Positions 48,628-59,700 of a stretch of DNA of 64,000 nucleotides are shown here, piece by piece (position 1 is the stretch's first letter; each line of letters opens with the position of its first letter). A program made the translations under genes and the position numbers. Under the pieces are notes generated by a model, which was not told the origin of the DNA, ran no database searches, and worked only from the letters and a program-made list of their open reading frames with translations. Origin of the DNA: Paramoeba atlantica (lineage: Eukaryota; Protista; Discosea); the NCBI GenBank assembly GCA_977017575.1, contig CDRNVI010000009.1, forward strand, positions 620,001 through 684,000, read 5' to 3'.

Positions 48628-51600
48628 ATGCTCCCCTCCCCGCCCCCTCCCCACGTCCCCACCGCCCGTCTCGCCCTCGGCCTCATCCCCGCCCAGGCCC
48701 TCCCGCTCTGCCTGCGCCGCCTCGAGTCCCCCCTCCACTTCCTCCCCCCCTCCGCCCCCCGCACCTCCGCGGAGCTCGAGGCCCGCGCGCTGCTCCTCGC
48801 GGGCAGCGCCCACGGCGCCCGCCCCCACCACGCCCCCGACCCCGGCACCGTCGCCGCGGTCGCCCGCGACGTGCTCCCGCGGGCCTGGCGCTGGCCCGGG
48901 GTCGCGCGGCTCGCGGTGGCCCACAGCCTCGTGAGGGCCCTGGGCCCCCGGGTCGTGCTCCCGCTGCGGGGGGGGCCGCCGGGGGGGACCCGTTTGGGCG
49001 CGTGGTCGGGTACGGACATCGCGGGGAGGGGGGGGGTGGTGAGCAGAGTGAAGTGATCGTTCCCAGCAGTGAGGCCTGGGCAAGGGGGTGGAACCCGGAG
49101 GTGGCGGGGTTGCTGTGTGAGAAGACCGAGGCGTTGGTGGCGTCGCATCTAGGGAGCCGGCTTGGGCTGGGGACGGCGTCGTATGGGCGGTTGGATGCGT
49201 TGCCGAGTCAAATGTTTGAGGGTACCACGAGTGAGGAGTTGTTGGGGAACTTGAGCCCTTTTGGGGTGCTGGTGTGGCAGGCGGTGACGCGGCTGTTGTT
49301 TCGGCTCAGTGGGTGGGGTGTGGTGGTGCCGGATGAGGTCGCACCGCACCTGATACGTGGGGTGGTGAGGCACCACCTGAAACTTGAGCTCGGCCTGCAC
49401 ACGGTGCTACCTTCTACTCCGGAGGAGAGCCATCTGCCGTTGGAGGTGCGGAAACCCGCTATCGCGTTCATGGAGAGCATTTTGGAGTTTGTGCCTTTTG
49501 CCGCCTATACCACGAGCAATAGGTTGCGACTTTTTGACACGCTGTGTTACCAGGTCGCCTTAGAAGTAAGAACTATGAATCGAAGGGAAAATCAAGAAAA
49601 TGGTTTTATTAACCCGACGGCAAGCGCAGAAAGCAACGGGCAACCTTCACCCATAGGAGATTCCGAGATGCGGTGGTTGCTCGCACACAATCCCCGGGAG
49701 TTATCTAAGGATGGGGAAGTGACTATTCCGCAAGGCTCATCAGAAGAAGGGGTAGCCAAGGCTGTTCTGCAACTGGTGTTCACCGGGGTATGCGAACTCT
49801 CCTTGGTACTCGACCACATGGGAGGAATGAGAACACTTCTTCCGGCCATCAACACAATAGCATGCAACGTGGCCTACGACAAGTTATGTCAACCCTATGG
49901 CAAAACAATTCTGGACTCTATCAAGAGAGAGAGGTGTAAAAAACTATGGAGAGTAAATAAAATGATTGTGGCGGAGCTTCATCGCCATGGATGTGATGCC
50001 GGGAGGATAAACGCGGTGGCCCGGTACATGTGTAAACAGGTGTTCGAGATTCTTACGGACTGCTTCGAACGGGGCACACTAGGTCTGTTTCCACTCATGG
50101 CGAAAGGTCACTGGTCCACTACTCTGTTGTACTTTCGGGAAGTGAAACGAGCCATTAAAATTAACTTGCACTACCCAGTTCAACTGAAGCACCAGCAGTG
50201 GACCAGCGAACGTGAAAGTGGTTCCCCATTCCTCGAGCTATCAGGTGGGATGATCATTCGTTCCAGTGCAGGGCTTTTAGCGCCCAACGAACCGATGAAC
50301 CTCGATGAAAAGGAAATTATGCGATCGTTTCTGAATTATATGGGATCCATTCCCTTTTCCCTGAACAAGTACGCGATCCAAGTACAAGAAGAGGGTCTGC
50401 GTTCTGGGTATCGTATAGACCGTGTGACACAAGGCTTTGTTCCGTGGAAAACGACCCCATCGGAAGATGGTAGAAAGCACTCAAGTTATTGGAAAAGTCA
50501 AATACGACAAGAAAAGTGTAACCGGGATTGGTATCGGTATGTCCTACGCGAGCTTCGTCACCTTACAGGAGTAGACGAATTCTACATCCCCCACCATTTG
50601 GACTTTAGAGGGCGAGTGTATCCTATGTCAACAGTGTTTAGCATTGCTTCCATCCGGGAGGTTCGTTCGGTCCTTCGCTTTGCGAGGCCAATACCGTTGG
50701 GTCCCGACGGGTTGCGCTGGTTAAAAATCCATGCGGCTAACATGTACGGCATGACAAAGCGAAACTTTGACGATCGTGTTCAGTTTATTGACAGCCATAT
50801 TGATGCGGTCGTGTCAGTAGCGGAGAAGCCGTACGGAACACAAATGGAATTTTGGGCTGTGGCCGAGAATGCATTTGAATTTATTGTGGCATGCAAGGAG
50901 ATTGCCGATGCACTACGGTATCCGAACCCGGAGGAGTTTCCTTCTTCCTTGCCTGTACAGGTCGATGGGACGGCCAACGGGCTTCAACATTACTCCGCCA
51001 TCTCAAGAGACCCCTTGGGTGCCCGCGCAGTAAACCTTGTTCCTGCAGCAGAACCGCAAGATCTTTATAACACTGTTTTGGATGAGATGCACAAACAGAT
51101 CTTTGCCCGAGTCTCACACGAACGCCTGGCTGGTCTTCTTGTCTATACGGAAGATGGACGACAGCGCTGTCACATTCGGAGGTCGACGATAAAGCGAGCC
51201 GTGATGACCCAAGTGTATGGCGTCACAGAATACGGAATGCGTCGAATGCTACGGGAAACGCTTATTGAACAAAATATGAAGATACAGGCGTGGACAGAGC
51301 AGCAAGTCGGATCGCTCGCACCCTACTTAGTCACTATTTTAAAGCGCTCTCTCGGTACCGTTTTCTCCGAATGTATCCGTGCACGGGCGTGGCTCAAAAG
51401 CACAGCTGAACTGGCGTACTACATACAGCCCGCTCACGAGCGTCGGCCGTTGTCTTTTCACACCCCTCTGCAGTTCCACGTAGTCCCGCCCTACCGGGAA
51501 CGCAAACACACCGTGTTGTTCGATTACCAGCGTGGACCCGTTCGTGTACACACGAAGAAAAACCAGCCTAGTAAAAAACACATCTCCTCGTTTTGTGCTA

Positions 51601-51917
51601 ACTTTATTCACAGTCTGGATGCGACCCATTTAGCACTCACGGCGCTACGTATGCGTAACGAGGGTCTTCCTATGGCCTCTGTTCACGATTCTTACTGGTG
51701 CCACGCGGCGAACATGTCCTCCCTGTCACGTATTCTGCGAGAGGAGTTCTACAACCTATACTCCGAGATGAACCCCTTGGAGATACTTCGCCAGGAGTGG
51801 AATACGCAGTACGCAGATGACCTGAGCCGACATGGCCTGACATGCTTCCCACCGCCTCCTCCATGTGGAAGTTCTAACTTACGTGAGGTTCTGAACTCCG
51901 AGTATTTCTTCTCATAG
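48628..51917 (+). CDS. RPO41: Single-subunit T3/T7-type mitochondrial RNA polymerase, with an apparent frameshift in a G-run at ~49020-49045
   Basis: DFRGRVYP, GLRWLKIHAAN, PVQVDGTANGLQHY, KRAVMTQVYGVT.YG, ANFIHSLDATHL, SVHDSYW. Confidence 0.92.
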
Positions 51918-52270
51918 TTTATGTCCTCATAAGGTTTCCATTCATCGTTATAAAAGCTGCTACGCGCAACGAACTCCACTACAAGCGAGTCCCGCACCTG
52001 TTGGCAATCAGATAACGTCTACAAGTTGACGTCTCGAGTGCTCTCGGGAAAGAAATAGAAACACCCGGTTCATTCTTTCATACAGTAACATTTTAGTAAC
52101 ATTTTCTTTTGGAAACGTGGGTTTCTCTTTTTTAAAGATAATTTCTTTTGCACACATGAATCGATTTTGAATTCAACCCACATGATTTCTTCTCTCTTTA
52201 ACCAATAAAATAATTTTCAAACAAGAATTTTTGGATTTTTTTATTTCCTCTTCCCGCATATTTTTCACCC

Positions 52271-52558
52271 ATGACTAAGGGAACCACCTCTATGGGAGAG
52301 CGTCGGGGACGCACCCACGACCTGTGCCCACGCTGTGGTCGTCACGCTTACCACACCAGCAAGAAAGTCTGCGGAGCGTGTGCCTACCCCCGCCCGAAGC
52401 GACGACGTTATAACTGGAGCGTAAAAGCGATCGAGCGAAAGACAACAGGAACCGGAGGCTGCCGGCATTTAAAAATTGTCCAACGCCGCTTTCGCAATGG
52501 ATTTCGTGAGGGGACGGTTGCCCGAACCCCGTCACACCGAAGCTACGCAAAGGCGTAA
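52271..52558 (+). CDS. RPL37: 60S ribosomal protein L37 (eL37)
   Basis: [30 protein letters not shown]...R.YNWS.KA..RKTTGTG..RHLK. Confidence 0.97.
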   Translation: MTKGTTSMGERRGRTHDLCPRCGRHAYHTSKKVCGACAYPRPKRRRYNWSVKAIERKTTGTGGCRHLKIVQRRFRNGFREGTVARTPSHRSYAKA

Positions 52559-52868
52559 AGGAACGTGCGAGAGGTGTTTTGATTTTGGGGGTTGGGTATC
52601 GGGACGTGATAAAGAATAAGGGTACGAATGAAATGAAAACATTCCTGAGCATGAAGTGATACCTTCCCAAAGTTGAAAGAATAAAGTAGGAAGAAAGAAA
52701 GTGGATGCAATTGGTTTGTATTGTAGAATGTAAACGATAAAATAACTTGCGGTCTGTGCAACTGATGTTACAATTCATAGAAGTAGAACTCTGTATTGTT
52801 CACCTAACTCTTCATACTCTCGATACTACATCTTAGAATTTGTTTCATAAATAACGAACGCACAAACA

Positions 52869-53303
52869 ATGTCTGGTTGGCCCTATGGAGCCGTTTTAAG
52901 CCTCGCCACTGGGGTTTCCTATCCTATGTATAAAACATTGAGTTTGCTCCAGGAAAGGTACGACTCGGAAGAGTTAAGTGACACACATGCTACACCTGTA
53001 CGTCCCTCTCAAGGGCACTCTATTGGAAAACTGTCATCTCGGAGAATTTCGGAACAGAAGGTTCAGTGGCTTTCCTATTGGATTCTTTTCTCCTTGTGGC
53101 ACACATTCGAGTACGGATGGTTGGCGTCTTGCATGTTTTATGCATCTTCTGAAGCAATGCATTGGTTTGTTGCGGCAATCAGGATTGCAGTGCTTTTATG
53201 GCTACAGGCATCTTACACGGAGGGAGCACGGTACATGTATTTATTGTACCTGAAGCCCTTGGCCAAGATTTGCGCCCCCAAAAAGGAGGCAAAAGAAGAT
53301 TAA
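52869..53303 (+). CDS. TB2/DP1/HVA22 (REEP/Yop1) family membrane protein
   Basis: GVSYPMYKT...QWLSYWILFSL...LLWLQ....EGARYMY..YLKP. Confidence 0.85.
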   Translation: MSGWPYGAVLSLATGVSYPMYKTLSLLQERYDSEELSDTHATPVRPSQGHSIGKLSSRRISEQKVQWLSYWILFSLWHTFEYGWLASCMFYASSEAMHWFVAAIRIAVLLWLQASYTEGARYMYLLYLKPLAKICAPKKEAKED

Positions 53304-53585
53304 TGCCCACGGAGATAAATTTATTGCTCCGTTTCAACGCACTAAAGTATGTCGTTCGTCTTACGCTGCATATACGAATACCTAGACACGTTATAGTGAC
53401 ATATTCTTAGGATAAAAAGATAGGAAAATGAATCAAAGAACTAGAGTATGGAACATAGTGCATATTACCTAAAACTATTTGTTGGTAGATTGACAAATTT
53501 CTGTATTGATGCAAAAAAAGTTCTATGACTAATTCATTTTCTTTGCACTTCTAGACCACAAATAACTTTGTTTAATTTTGTTCTC

Positions 53586-56501
53586 ATGCCTGCATCTTTG
53601 ATTACAAGTAGCGCTGCGTATGATCCATACGACACCACGCCGGTGCTACTCAAAGGCTGTGTTCCGGTTAGGCGAAACGTTATTGCTGATCCACGCAAAC
53701 CAAGTGGCACATCAGCAGGGAAGGAAAAAGTAGATGCCATGTCATATATGATCCCACCACAAATTCTGTCGTCTAGTCAAATCAAATTTGCACTATCCCT
53801 GGCCAAGGATGTTCTCAGTCAGGCGTTGCGGGAAATTTTATACACCGATGCCTTCACCTCGCGTAAGCAGCGGGTATACGAAAGTGTCCAAGCGGTTCTA
53901 AAGGGGAAATCAATTGTCGCTCTTGAATTTTTGCGTGACGTAGCCAAGGATATTGTGGCCGAATACCTTGCAGTAACGTTAAAGGAAGATGCGAAAGCAG
54001 ATGACTGGATATGCAGTTGGGAGGTATTGAACAACGGAGTTGGACCAGCTTCACAGCTTTTTCCACAGCTCAATTTTAAGTCTATAGTCGAGGATAGCAT
54101 CCGACTCTACTTCATGTCCTCTACAGGTTCTTTATTATCGCTCAGTGATCTTCCCACCCGATCACAAGTTTTGCTTCATTTTTTCATTGACACACTACAT
54201 CAGTATCGAGGCTGTGATTCGGAACCCTTGGCTCGACGACTTCGTACGGGTATATCATCCCTTGCACGCTTAATAAGATTTGCTCACATAGACAGCACCT
54301 CTTATCGAGACCTACTGAGAATCTCATGCCGCGAATTTTACAAGAAACGCGCTGATCAGTTCATGTTAGAGTCAAACGCTGTATGTCCCGTACAATATTT
54401 GATGGAGATCGTAATGCCTTCAGTCTTTGTTGAGGCCTCTTTGTATTTTCATAACATTGTGCCTGACCAAGCCATGGTAACGGAATGTATTCAAACCTTG
54501 TTTGAACCCCAACACAGTGTTTTCTGTCCCTCTTTTATTGCACAACTCTATCGCTATAAAACTTCGACTCCAGATGCTGTATTGAGACGAGTGCAGCAGA
54601 GCTTCAAAGTAGGTATGGCGTACTTAGGCCTGCCTTATAGCAAGACGTTTAAGAAAACAGGTGTGAATGAGGTATTTCAGCGCATCGTTGGTGTGTGGAG
54701 TATACTACTTGACACGGAAGCAAACGTCCCTTCTTCCGACGCCGAGTCCGTAGACAGAAAATGGCTACTGCGAACGGAACATAAACTTTTACGTGCGGGG
54801 CAACAAGCGCGGCAAAAAATTCTACAGAAGGACAGTATTCCGATTCATGTAAGTGCACTCTACGTGTTAGTGAAGTGTTTGCAGCTTTTTCCACAAGTGG
54901 AGCAGGATGTAGAGAAGACCTCGTCCTTGGATACGCCGCCGAAACCTGATTTGATCCCTCCGCACCCCATGTCGTTGCTTGAGAGCATTTGGAAAGACTA
55001 TCTTGAAGAAAAATTGAACTCTCTTGCATCGAGTCGTACTTCGTTAAACTGCTACATACAAGCTCTGCTTCAATTCTTTCGCTATCAACATGGATTAGTG
55101 CTTGGCGTGGCCTTTTGTAAGGCTCCGAATGCACCGTCACTAGCAAATGCATTTCGAGATATCCTAGAGCGTAGCTTGAACCCTTATTTAAGTCGTGTTT
55201 CCCATGGGCTTGCTGTTGCCGCAGATGCAAAACTACGATTCGGGCGCAGCAAACATTATGACCCCAACAGTGTGTTAGAGAAGGAAGATCCCGTTCTTGA
55301 GATTCTAAAGTGCTTGAAGAGCAAGGAGATCTTTGAGAGTTACCATTTATTGTTTTTGGCCCAACGATTACTGTTGGGCATATTAGAGGAAACTACCCAG
55401 GACTGTTTCGTGTTCAAAGCTATAGCGGACGAGCGCGCTGTTTTAACATTCCTACTTCCCGAGCTTGGTTCAAATTTTTGTCAGAAAGCGGAACTCATGT
55501 TACGAGATGTAGAATGCAGCGAAGAAACGTCTTATGAATTTAAAAAAATAAAGAGAAAGGTGCAGCGCTCCACGCAGGTTTATGTAGCATCTGTTCATAA
55601 TGTATTATGGCCTCGAATGGGACCCAATTGGGAAAAGTTGCCCTCTGGACTTTCTGCGATCGCCTCCGAATACACCAAGTTTTATAGCAAAAAATGGTCA
55701 CACGAGAGCCGCACTTTAGAGTGGAACCACTGCTTGAGCACTGCAGTGATACGTTTCTTGCTACCCCCGAAACGAGGAAAAGCAAAAGCTGCTAACGAGC
55801 ATAGATACATCCAGCTCACGGGAAGCCTTCATCAGGCTTTGGTGTTGGATGCGATTCAAGATAACTCACTTTCTTTGGAACAAGTGTTCCAAGCCATCAC
55901 GCACTCTAAGTTTCGTTCCACAGAGAATGATTCCCACGATATGGAATGCGATGACGTTCCAAAAAATACAGATAAATCCAGCGCACTTCCTGCTGTGAAC
56001 AATGGCTGCGGACCACTGTATGCATCCTTTATGCTGGGTCTGGATTCGGCGTCAATGATACGGGATTACGTTCAAGACGTAATTCAAAGCCTTATCGAGG
56101 CTGAAATTTTGAGCGTCGTGCCCTGTCATGGGTCGACTAGAACGGAGATATTCTGTGTAAATCTAGACTATGTACCCCCAGGTCGACAAAAGGGAAACAT
56201 TCTCCGACTTCCAACCACACGAGGGAGTGCTCCGTTACTCTTTCGTGAGACCACCGAAGAGTTCGAGCTTGGAGACGTTGCCCCCTCACCAAAAACATTT
56301 GAAAGCGTGTACAGTGTGGATGCCGCTATTGTTCGTACCATCAAACCGCTAGGGTCACTTAGCAAATCTGAATTAACGGAGCGTGTTCAAACGAATCTTC
56401 CCTTGACAACGACCGCAGTCATTGATGCTCGACTCGAATCACTGGTTGATAGAGAATTTCTAACGGTAGAAAATTCGAATGAGTATAAATATGTACCGTG
56501 A
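53586..56501 (+). CDS. Divergent cullin family protein
   Basis: KEIFESYH..FLAQRLL, KAELMLRDV.CS, VHNVLWP, RTLEWNH.LSTA, C-terminal DAAIVR..K...L....L...V.......ID.RLESLVDREFL. Confidence 0.8.
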   Translation: MPASLITSSAAYDPYDTTPVLLKGCVPVRRNVIADPRKPSGTSAGKEKVDAMSYMIPPQILSSSQIKFALSLAKDVLSQALREILYTDAFTSRKQRVYESVQAVLKGKSIVALEFLRDVAKDIVAEYLAVTLKEDAKADDWICSWEVLNNGVGPASQLFPQLNFKSIVEDSIRLYFMSSTGSLLSLSDLPTRSQVLLHFFIDTLHQYRGCDSEPLARRLRTGISSLARLIRFAHIDSTSYRDLLRISCREFYKKRADQFMLESNAVCPVQYLMEIVMPSVFVEASLYFHNIVPDQAMVTECIQTLFEPQHSVFCPSFIAQLYRYKTSTPDAVLRRVQQSFKVGMAYLGLPYSKTFKKTGVNEVFQRIVGVWSILLDTEANVPSSDAESVDRKWLLRTEHKLLRAGQQARQKILQKDSIPIHVSALYVLVKCLQLFPQVEQDVEKTSSLDTPPKPDLIPPHPMSLLESIWKDYLEEKLNSLASSRTSLNCYIQALLQFFRYQHGLVLGVAFCKAPNAPSLANAFRDILERSLNPYLSRVSHGLAVAADAKLRFGRSKHYDPNSVLEKEDPVLEILKCLKSKEIFESYHLLFLAQRLLLGILEETTQDCFVFKAIADERAVLTFLLPELGSNFCQKAELMLRDVECSEETSYEFKKIKRKVQRSTQVYVASVHNVLWPRMGPNWEKLPSGLSAIASEYTKFYSKKWSHESRTLEWNHCLSTAVIRFLLPPKRGKAKAANEHRYIQLTGSLHQALVLDAIQDNSLSLEQVFQAITHSKFRSTENDSHDMECDDVPKNTDKSSALPAVNNGCGPLYASFMLGLDSASMIRDYVQDVIQSLIEAEILSVVPCHGSTRTEIFCVNLDYVPPGRQKGNILRLPTTRGSAPLLFRETTEEFELGDVAPSPKTFESVYSVDAAIVRTIKPLGSLSKSELTERVQTNLPLTTTAVIDARLESLVDREFLTVENSNEYKYVP

Positions 56502-56758
56502 AAGTGACTTTACTTGGCTTGTTACCAGAAAAACGACCTCGAAGAATATTTTTAGCTGCGGTATACTTGTATACCGTATTAATAGTATTAATACTCTTTG
56601 CATGCTTGGTAAAACAAATGGCTATATTACACTATCATTCCACGTTTGAGTAACGAACATAGCAGCTATTGTTTTCAACCATCTGTTATTGTACGTAACA
56701 AATATACAGTATGTACTAGACACTTTTTTACCACGTTATAGTCTCAGAAGACTCCTTA

Positions 56759-59700
56759 ATGAGCTTGTCCACTACGGTGTTCAAGCATGTTCGGAGGAAG
56801 ATACTAGAGATTGCCGAATTGAACACAGATTTGGAGGAAAAGCTTCAAGTTTTCAGTGAGGAATTCAACGACGACGAAAATTCGTTTGGTGGAGACGTAC
56901 AGAGATCGATTCTTCATATACTGCTAAGCGAAACGCAAGATTTCATCAGCAAAACTACCGCCGAAGACAAGGAAAAATTCATGCTTCATGCGCTTCGTGC
57001 TTCTTTTGCAGCCCTCGATCACGATTCCACCAGTATCCTAACAGAGTTGAGTTGGAGCATAGAAGCCTTGCGTTACTGTGTTGCGAATGCTGAATTTTCC
57101 GTACAATTGTCGGCTCTTCTAAAATTTATCCATCATGAAAATGAAGCTCTCCGTCGTGAGTCTTACGTACTGCTTCAAGAATTAGTCGCCCCGAAATTCT
57201 TGGACTCTAAATGGTCTCAAGCGCCAAAAAAACTACGTTTGTCTTTCGAGACACTGATACAAGATGGCACAGACGAATGTCCCGAATTTTTATCTTTAAA
57301 AGATGCGACCATGCCCGTTTTGAAAACAGAATCCGAGTCACCTCAGGCAATGCAGATTCCAGTGCCTCGGCTTGATGGACTATTACAAGAGCTTGGGCCT
57401 CCCCTTCTTCAACATCGTGATCTTTTAATGAGCTACCTAGCAACTCTACCTCAATCAAGTTTAACTGAAAAGCAGCTAGCCTCAGTTATAGGGCTTATAA
57501 TAAATCCGTACGAAATTCCATCCAATGCTTCTCTTTCAATGCTTTCTGAACGTCTTGAATCCCTCTCGTTGCTTACAGGGTCTCAACTTAGCAATGACAA
57601 AGCAAACAATACGACTCACTCATCGGATGCGTGGGATTTAAAAGCTTTTTGTGAGATTTTTCTACCCCACATATCTCACTTGTCGCCTCAAAAGGTCCTC
57701 TCCAGTCTGGATTACGTTGGATTCTTCCCATCTTCGAATCGAGCGATTCTGAATCTGATAAAACTCTATCAAATCCTTTTTAACGAGTCGTTTCTACCCG
57801 TAGACCCGTTTCTGAACTTATGGGAGAACACCGAGGGCCAATTAAAATGCATCACGTATCTGTTACGATGCCCTCCGACAGTTGTGAAATATCCCGAAGG
57901 TGCTGACGTCCCCCATTGTGATCAAAGAGTACTGAAAGCGTTGTTGCGACTAGGGGCATCTGCTAAGCAGTATCGTGAAGTTCTTGATCTGCTGCAAGAT
58001 CCCATTTGTTCGCATGCCCAAGATTTGCTCCGAACGGTGCAGTTAGTCTTCAACGAGCCTATAGAGAGCGCCCAATATTACGAATTCGGGTGCGAATGTA
58101 CTTATCTTCTTCTCACACATTTACGCAGCTCGAATGACGAAACATCAGCAGAGGAAAACAAACTCTTAATGGAGGTTAATCCCACATTGATCTCAGATGC
58201 TATCATCAACGCTTGCGAAAAGGACAAGCCAAGATTTGAATACTACGCCGAAGATGTCGATTTTTGCGGTACGAAAGTTATGACGAGCTTTCTAGATAAC
58301 GCAACATTCGTTCCAGCCGTTAATGCCGTCATTAAATTGTGTCATCCATACTTTCACGAGACACCTTGGAGTTCGTTCCGCAAATGGATTAGTTCCGTAC
58401 TGCACAATCAAACACCTGTAAAGTTTAGTGCCCCTGACTTATGCGCATCTATCGTACAGAATCTTGACGATTTCGTCTTGGAATTTCGGGATAGGATCGC
58501 TCATGGGAATCAAAAAAGTTCAGAATCACCAACATGTGCAACTGATTGGGGCTCTAAGATAAATCTCATGAATAGCTTATTATGCGGTCTCCGTAGTGCT
58601 CCGATACCTGTTTTATTATCTAAAGCTCTCACTCTCATTTCTGAGGAATTAAGCCCCTTAATGGGTTCAACAGAAAACGACCAACCTGTATCCAAGACCA
58701 AGTCGATTATAGACGACCTTCGAGATAAAGGACATGATGAATCTGCTGCTAAACTTGTAAAGGAAAGATTATTGGAGCATTATGTTACAGTCGACGAAAC
58801 TGTTTCTCTTCTTGAAGAGCATGCGAAACATTCTTCAGCTGAAGACTGCCACTTCGTGTTGCATTTCTCAGAAGTCTTACTTTCCGACACTCGTCGATGT
58901 AAAGCTTGGACCCCTTCTCAGCGTAGTCAAGTTGCCAAAATATTAGGGATTCTTGTTGTCGATAACCTGCTTCCCATATCTGGTGGAAGTGCTGGTCTAG
59001 GAGCGATCCTGAAGTTCGTCCTACAAGGCATTGTACGGCCATCATCTAAGGAGGTTCAAGAGCTTTCAATATCTGTACTAGATGCTTTTAAACATCGACT
59101 ATCAGAATGGCCCCAGTATTGCCTTCATTTGCTACCGGCTGTACCAGAGATAGTGAAATCGATTCCCGACATAACTCAATATCTTGGGGAAAATGCTCTG
59201 AAGTCTTTATCAGGAGAGGATGTACCACCTCCAAGAGAACTGCAGGACCGTGTTGCCTTTCTATTCAATAACTTGGATACGCATAACATTGAAATGTTTA
59301 GTAAAGAATTGTCAGAAAAGATAACACCGCCAACCTATCGATTCTTTGCTGACTATTTGATCAACAAGCGCATTAAGCTTGAACCCAATTATCACCGAAA
59401 TTACGTGCGCGTGTTAGAAAGAATGAACCGACACAGCTTCGACACTATTTTGCTCCACCTGTCTTATGCCTCCGTATGTCAATATATAGATTCCGAGAAA
59501 ATTCGACTTGTTTCGAACGAGCGAACTATTCTAAAAAATCTTGGAGCATGGATAGGTTTGTTGACTCTGGCACGGGACAAGCCTATTTTAGCTAAAGACT
59601 TACACATTCAAGAGTTGCTTTTGCAAACAATGCGCGACGGAAAATTGATAGCGTCCGTTCCTTTCGTGGCCAAAATTCTCGACAGCGTCCCGCTGAGCCG

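Noticed and set aside
17651-56758. tRNA, rRNA or snoRNA genes in intergenic regions
   Set aside because: No cloverleaf, box A/B or convincing C/D motifs seen by eye; tRNAscan-SE and snoscan would be needed to exclude them
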